The position numbers were made by a program, and so were the translations under genes. Source: Eutreptiella sp. 'Long Island Sound 2002' (taxonomy: Eukaryota; Protista; Euglenida). From it: DNA of 64,000 bases. The stretch is from contig OZ038379.1 of assembly GCA_964036045.1 (NCBI GenBank), forward strand, positions 50,468,001 to 50,532,000, read 5' to 3'. Shown here in pieces: positions 58,466 through 64,000 of this stretch (within the stretch, counting starts at the first letter, position 1; every line of letters begins with the position of its first letter). The notes beneath the pieces are model-generated. The model saw only the letters and a list, made by a program, of their open reading frames with translations, did not search any database and had not been told where the DNA came from.

Positions 58466-58609
58466 GTATGCTGACTGCGTCCTAGCGTTGATCTAGCGAA
58501 CCGTTGTAGCGTTGATCTAGCCACGATAGTGCCGCCGCCGCTAGAACGCGGCTAGAACAGTTGCCTAGAACACCGCTAGAACACACCTGCCTCATGTTTC
58601 TGTTCTCAG
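58466..58609 (+). other. Putative GT-AG intron (~144 nt), palindromic CTAG-repeat core
   Basis: |GTATGC ... TTCTGTTCTCAG|. The donor position is uncertain (alternative at 58456). Confidence 0.5.
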
Positions 58610-59726
58610 GTTGTGAGTGTGCAGACGTGTGGAGCCCACCCCCGCGGGGTGCGCGTGGAGTGGCGCGATGGCGGAGGCCGGACGCGCCTCCTGGGGATCA
58701 CCGATTTGGGTCGGATGATGGGGAATGACCCCTATTTGACCCTCTCGGTGCCGGACCGTTTGGGTAGGTGGGAGGCGGGCAGGAGTGCGAGGGGCATGGA
58801 CCCGCGGCGCAAGGATTGGGTGAGGGTGCAAGACCGGGCGGGGGAGACCAGCAGCAGCAGCAGCAGCAGCACCACCACCACCACCAGCGGGGACAGGACA
58901 CCCCAGCCAAGGCCCTCAAACCCAAAACCCCCCAAGGCCTCCAAGAAGAAACCCCCCTTCGAGAGTAGCAAGGAAGGCGCCCCCCCCCCGAAGCCCAGAC
59001 CAAGCCCAAGGCCAAGCCCAAGTCCAAGGACAAGGGCAAGGGCAAGCCCCCCCCCCCCCCACCTCAAGCCCCCCCCTTCGAGGATAGGGGCCGGGACCCC
59101 TATGGGAATGTGCCGGGTGTGGGGGACACCCGGTATGTCCCTTGGAAGGAGGGGGGCAATGGGGGGACCGTCAACCAAGTGACGGTATTGGGGGATTGGG
59201 ATGCATAGTTGGACCCGGGGGAGTGGTGGGTGGTGTCGCAGGGGTCCAATGGGGAGGGGGGGAAGAAGGGGAAGAAGAGGAAGCGGGAGACAGAGGGGGG
59301 CACCTTCCAGGTGCCGGGGGAGTGCCTCTTCCTCACCAGGGAAGAGACGGGGGCCCACCTCCGAGAGGCCTTGCCAGAGGGGGACAACGGGGACGACGGG
59401 GATGACTGGGATGACGGGGATGATGAGGAGGACAAGTGTGGCGACAAGGGGGAGGGGGGTGACAAGGGGGGTGAGGTGGGGGGTGACAACGGGGGTGAGA
59501 AGGAAGGGGACACGGGGGGTGAGAAGGGGGGTGCCGGGAGCAAGGATGAGCCCCGGCAACCCCCCGACACGTAGGAGGGGTAACCTGCGCGTCGCGACTC
59601 GCGAATGGGGGCCACGGGGGGCAGGAGGGCTAATCGGGCTAACCGGGCTCATCGGGCTAACCCACCACCAAGTGACCCGGCGCCGGCCCGCCAAGTGACC
59701 TCCCAAGTGACCTCTGGGCTGGGGGA

Positions 59727-62400
59727 CTACTGGCAACAAACACCACAGTAGGCGGCCTTCGTCCTCCCCGCCGCCTTTGGTGGAGCATGGGCAGCCGTTG
59801 TTGGGGCGGAGCCCCGTGTGGTGCGTTGTGTCGGCTGTCCAAATGGCTCCCGCCAGGGCTCCGCTTAGTAGTATCCAGCTACATCGCGAAAGCGGCCGAC
59901 GCCCTGATCATTAGCTCTCTATTTAGGCACACTCCCGATCCTCCGAATGTGCATGGTCTCCGCTTTTACAACACCGCTAGCTGGTGAGTGACTCCCTTAA
60001 GAGGTGCTCTACGTACCGCTTGGAGGCGTGCACCAGGTGCACTATCATCCTTGTGCGTGTCATGGCCCATTGCCAACATCCTCGTACGCTACGCTAGCCC
60101 AATTTATGAAACTCATGGAGCGCGTGTCCCAGTGGACCCGTTGCCTTGGGTGGCTCCGTACGTTCCCATATGGCCTACGTAACTGTTTGTGCCGTGCCCG
60201 GGCGGCATACAATATGTGCTAGCTAGCACATCCTCCTATACGGGTCGACCATAGACGGGGGCATTTTTGTGCCCTGGCAACAACAGCACGAACACCACTT
60301 CTTTTGCCCGGCACGGTGTGCCGCGTCCCCAAAGCGCTATCATGATGGCTTTTTCCAGGCTGTTGACGCCCTTGTGCAATATATGTGCAAGCTCAACTCC
60401 ACGTAGCGCCTCCGCCACAATCATTACCGCCGCCACCGTGGCCTTGCGATCAAAGCCCCTCAGTATCATTCGGGTGTCCTTAAGTGCCTTCTTGCCTTTC
60501 GTAGTGCGGGGTTATTGCAACGGCCCCGTCCGTCTCCGCGGTACTGTTCACACACCAACCACCTGTTGTCATAAATCTTGCTATATTGGTATGTGCACTC
60601 CATCCAAGGTTGCCTCCGCGGTCTCCGGCTTCCTGCGGGGTGAGCCGGTGGCTGCAAATGCCAGCAACTTTTTTGCATTGACTTTTTGGGCCGTGTGCTG
60701 CAGCCATTTGCTAGCTGCGACAAGCAAGACCATTAGCTTGTCAACAAGCCGCTCCAACAGACCACTGTCGTCGTCCGCCCATTGCTGCCCCGCCAGGGCA
60801 AGCTCTATGCTCTGACAACAACCTTCCTCCCACTCCTCGCCCGGACCTGGCACCCAGTGCCAACAGACCCTGTGGAGCTCCTTGCATCTCTTCTTCCATC
60901 CCGGGCCCCACATTAGCCCGTTGTGGGCGGCCGCTAACTCTGGCGGCACGCCACAAAGACGAAGACACGGAGGCCAGTCCGACAGCGCCGCCAGCTTGAG
61001 CGCTTCGGCCAGCAGCATGACATCCAATAGAAACGGGTCCATGGCCACCATCCATGCCTGGCAATACCACAATAGGTGGTCTTTGTCCTCCCGGGCCCCT
61101 TTGGTGGAGCATGGGTAGCAATTGCTGGGGCAGAGCCCGTGTGGGGTGCTGTGTCGGCTGTCCAAATGGCTCACACCAGGGCTCTGCTAAACAGTATCCC
61201 GCTATATCCTGAAAAGGGTAAGCTCCGTGATCATTACTTCTCTGTTTAGTCACAGTCCCAATCCTCCGAATGTGCGTGGTCTCCGCTTTTCCAACACCAC
61301 TAGCTGGTTTGCTCTGAGTGATTCCCTTAAGAGGTGCTCCACGTACTGCTTGGAGGCGGGCACCAGGTGCACTATCATCCTTGTGCATGGCATGGCCCAT
61401 TGCCACCATCCTCGTACGCAACATCAGCCCAATTTACAAACCTCATGGATTGCGTGTCCCGCTGGGCCCGTTGACTTGGGAGCATGCGTACGTTCCCATA
61501 TGGCCTGCGTAACTGTCTATGCGGTGCCCGGGCTGCATGCAATACGTGCTAGCCAGCAGATCCTCCTATACGGGTCGGCCATGGACGGGACTACTTTGTG
61601 CCCCGGCAACAGCAGCACGAACACCACTTCTTTTGCCCGGCAGGGTCTGCCGCGTCCCCAAAGTGCTATCATCATTGGCTATTTCAAGGTTGTTGACACC
61701 CTGTGCAATACATGTGCAAGCTGAATTCCACGTAACGCCTCCGCCAAAATCATAACCGCCGCCACCGTGGCCTTGTGATCGAAGCCCCCAGGTATCATGC
61801 GGGTCTTCTTACGTGCCTTTTTGCCTTTCGTAATACAGGGTTACAACAACGGCCATGTGCCTCTCCGCGGTACTGTTCGCACGCCAACCCCCCGGTTGTC
61901 AAAAATCTTGCTATAGTGGTATGTACACTCCATCCAAGGTTGCCTCCACGGTCTCCGGCTTCCTGCGGGCCGAGCCGGTGGCTGCAAATGCCAGCAACTT
62001 TTTTGCGTTGACTTTTTGGCCCATGTGCTTCAGCCATTTACTGGTTGCGACGAGCAAGGTTATTTGGTGAGAGCAGTTTGCGGGCTGGCATGTAGGTATC
62101 AACCGCAAACACTTCCGCTGACATGGTGATTCCACGCCTCGGGTTGCATCCTCGGAGACGTCCTCGTCATCCTTGGTGCTCGTTCCTCACTTGTGCTGTC
62201 CGCATACCCCACCCCGTACAGATTGGGCGGGCACGAAGGTGAGATTGGCTCCTCATTCATGTCATCCAACCCCAAATGTGGCGAAGGCACACCCCTTAAC
62301 GATGCCCTAGAGCAGTAGAGTGCTCCATGCTTGCGGGGGTGGGTATTTCCTGCAGCCCAAGTCGCTCCCACACCTTTGCCGCTGACGTTGGCTCCAAGCT
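59727..62400 (-). pseudogene. Non-LTR retrotransposon 3' relic with a ~1.33-kb-period partial tandem duplication
   Basis: GVGYADS (YADD-like), QKVNAKK, thumb region ALWGRGRPCRAKEVVF and zinc knuckle DHLLWYC. Segment 59727-60733 repeats 61061-62060. Confidence 0.75.
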
Positions 62401-62704
62401 CTAATTAAACACTATCCAAAGGCCATTTGACTAGTGACTAGTAACTTGTTTATTTTGGTGAAAATTTGTTGTTTTTTTACCGTTTGTTTAAACAAATTGT
62501 TTGCAAAAATGATCATTCTGCAGCTGCTTGCCTCCTTCTACCCATTCCTTTCATTGCAGGTTCATAGGACACCACTTTGTTCCATGTGGCTGGTACCATT
62601 GAGGTCTGTATGATTCTCTACTACATGTTTAGATATGTCTGTATGCCTTCAACTTTGGTACAAAACAAATCCCATGCTCTTTATTTTTGGATGTTCCCAA
62701 TCCT

Positions 62705-62785
62705 TGTTTATTTATGGGAGCTTCATTCAAATGTTTAATTTTGGGACCTTCATTCAAATGTTTATTTTTGGGACCTTCATTCAAC
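62705..62785. repeat. 27-bp tandem repeat x3
   Basis: TGTTTATTT(A/T)TGGGA(G/C)CTTCATTCAAA units. Confidence 0.9.
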
Positions 62786-63136
62786 TGAAATGATTTTTCC
62801 GCTCTGCCTTGTTTTTTTTCCCCCGCTGTTTGCGCTTGCATCTGAATAATAATATTGGCTCATCCCTTCCTGTAATCCATACCCTGCACATGAAACAAGA
62901 GCACAACATAAACATGCGGAACATCTTTGTATTTGTTTATGTGCGCGGGCTCCACTGCCCCACTGCGGTTGCTTTAGAAGTCCGGTGGCCACTCACTCCC
63001 CTCCCGCTCCCTGACAGCCCTGCTGTCGTGCTCCTGCCCGAGGCAGAAGCGCCTCTCCCCCTCACCCTCCTCTTCCTCCTGCCCCTCCTCCCCTTCACCA
63101 CCCTCGTCCCTCTCGTCCTCCTCCTCGTCTTGTTCG

Positions 63137-64000
63137 TCATCGTCCACATTGATAACGTTGTCCTCTGGCGCCACGCATTGACTCGCCGTCCCCATACACA
63201 GATTTATCCCAATGCAGCACCATGCACCACACCTGTGAAAACACCTCATGCAATGCAGAAACAGTAAAAACGAGGGTAGGAGTCACCGAAAGGTCACACG
63301 GCAACTTCCCAGCACGCATGTCTGCAAGCAACCTCATCTTAATCTGAATAAATTGGTCCACGGCACAGGGCAAAGGGGGCAACGCTGGCTGAAAATGGTC
63401 ACGGATGGTGGTGATGCAATCCGTTGCATGCGAGGCCAGCGCAACACTATCATGCCATGGCCAGCCGAAAAAATCCAAGAAGCTTGTCGCCTTAGCAACA
63501 GGGTGGGTATTCACAAAGCGTGACAACAACTCATCACGTGCCCTCGCCACAAAATCACTTGCCTGCGACATGAATTGTGTGCGCCCGGTGCTGTTGTGCA
63601 GGGGGACACCATAAAACCGTGTATGGGAGCCCTCGTGAGAAACCAGAGCGGCATTGAATGCTAGCCACTCATCACCTTCCCATCGCGCTACTTTGTCCAA
63701 CTCAGCAACGCATGCCTCCACACTGCGATCAATCAGAGCAGAGCACCTCTTCGTCACCTGGATTCCCTGGGACATTAGGGCTGAAGCCTGCACAACATCC
63801 AGCATAAAAAACAGACCACATAGAAACACCTCGTTCGTGAATGCAAAAAGCAAAGCATCTCTTTGTTCTTTGTGGACTGCCTTGCTGAGGTGTACCTCAC
63901 GCAAACCAAGGACAACAATCACATAGCACCGCTTCATACGGCGCAAGGCATCTGATGCAAAAGCACACCAGCGACGAGTGTGCAAAACCCCTAATTTCAA
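63137..64000 (-). pseudogene. hAT-like transposase C-terminal portion (runs off the window edge)
   Basis: LFFMLDVVQASALMSQGIQ resembles the hAT helical-domain motif (L.DIL..I..LS..LQ). In a shifted frame, CIGINLCMGTAS resembles the dimerization-domain lead-in, but the ERxFS motif is absent. Confidence 0.45.

Noticed and set aside
1-64000. rRNA, tRNA, telomeric arrays or prokaryotic operons
   Set aside because: No conserved rRNA/tRNA signatures, TTAGGG arrays or Shine-Dalgarno-linked gene clusters were seen by eye. A covariance-model scan would be needed to exclude small RNAs.

Overview
Eukaryotic, repeat-dense (heterochromatin-like) DNA. I found no intact host gene, rRNA, tRNA or CRISPR array. 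The host is probably a protist; a euglenozoan is a weak guess from the gag-YR-RT retroelement architecture. The core is a five-unit ~1.04 kb tandem satellite (~9.2-29.5 kb) split by two cleanly bounded insertions. (1) An 8,740-bp DNA transposon (11110-19849) carries a 736-aa RAG1/Transib/Chapaev-type DDE transposase. It has bipartite, RSS-like ends (CACATG + variable spacer + CAGCATAGAA), two internal 149-bp tandem arrays and intron-containing accessory genes. (2) A complete 6,384-bp tyrosine-recombinase retrotransposon (21538-27921) has identical split direct repeats and the gene order gag-YR-RT/RNaseH plus an extra basic ORF. The rest holds older relics: a 746-bp dimeric satellite, two diverged copies of a possible Academ-like transposase, and a second Transib/RAG1-like transposase interrupted by a family of palindromic CTAG-repeat introns. 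There are also LINE fragments, a foldback element, a hAT-like fragment and an orphan Sec1/Munc18-like exon. All family assignments come from motif reading by eye; no database searches were run.
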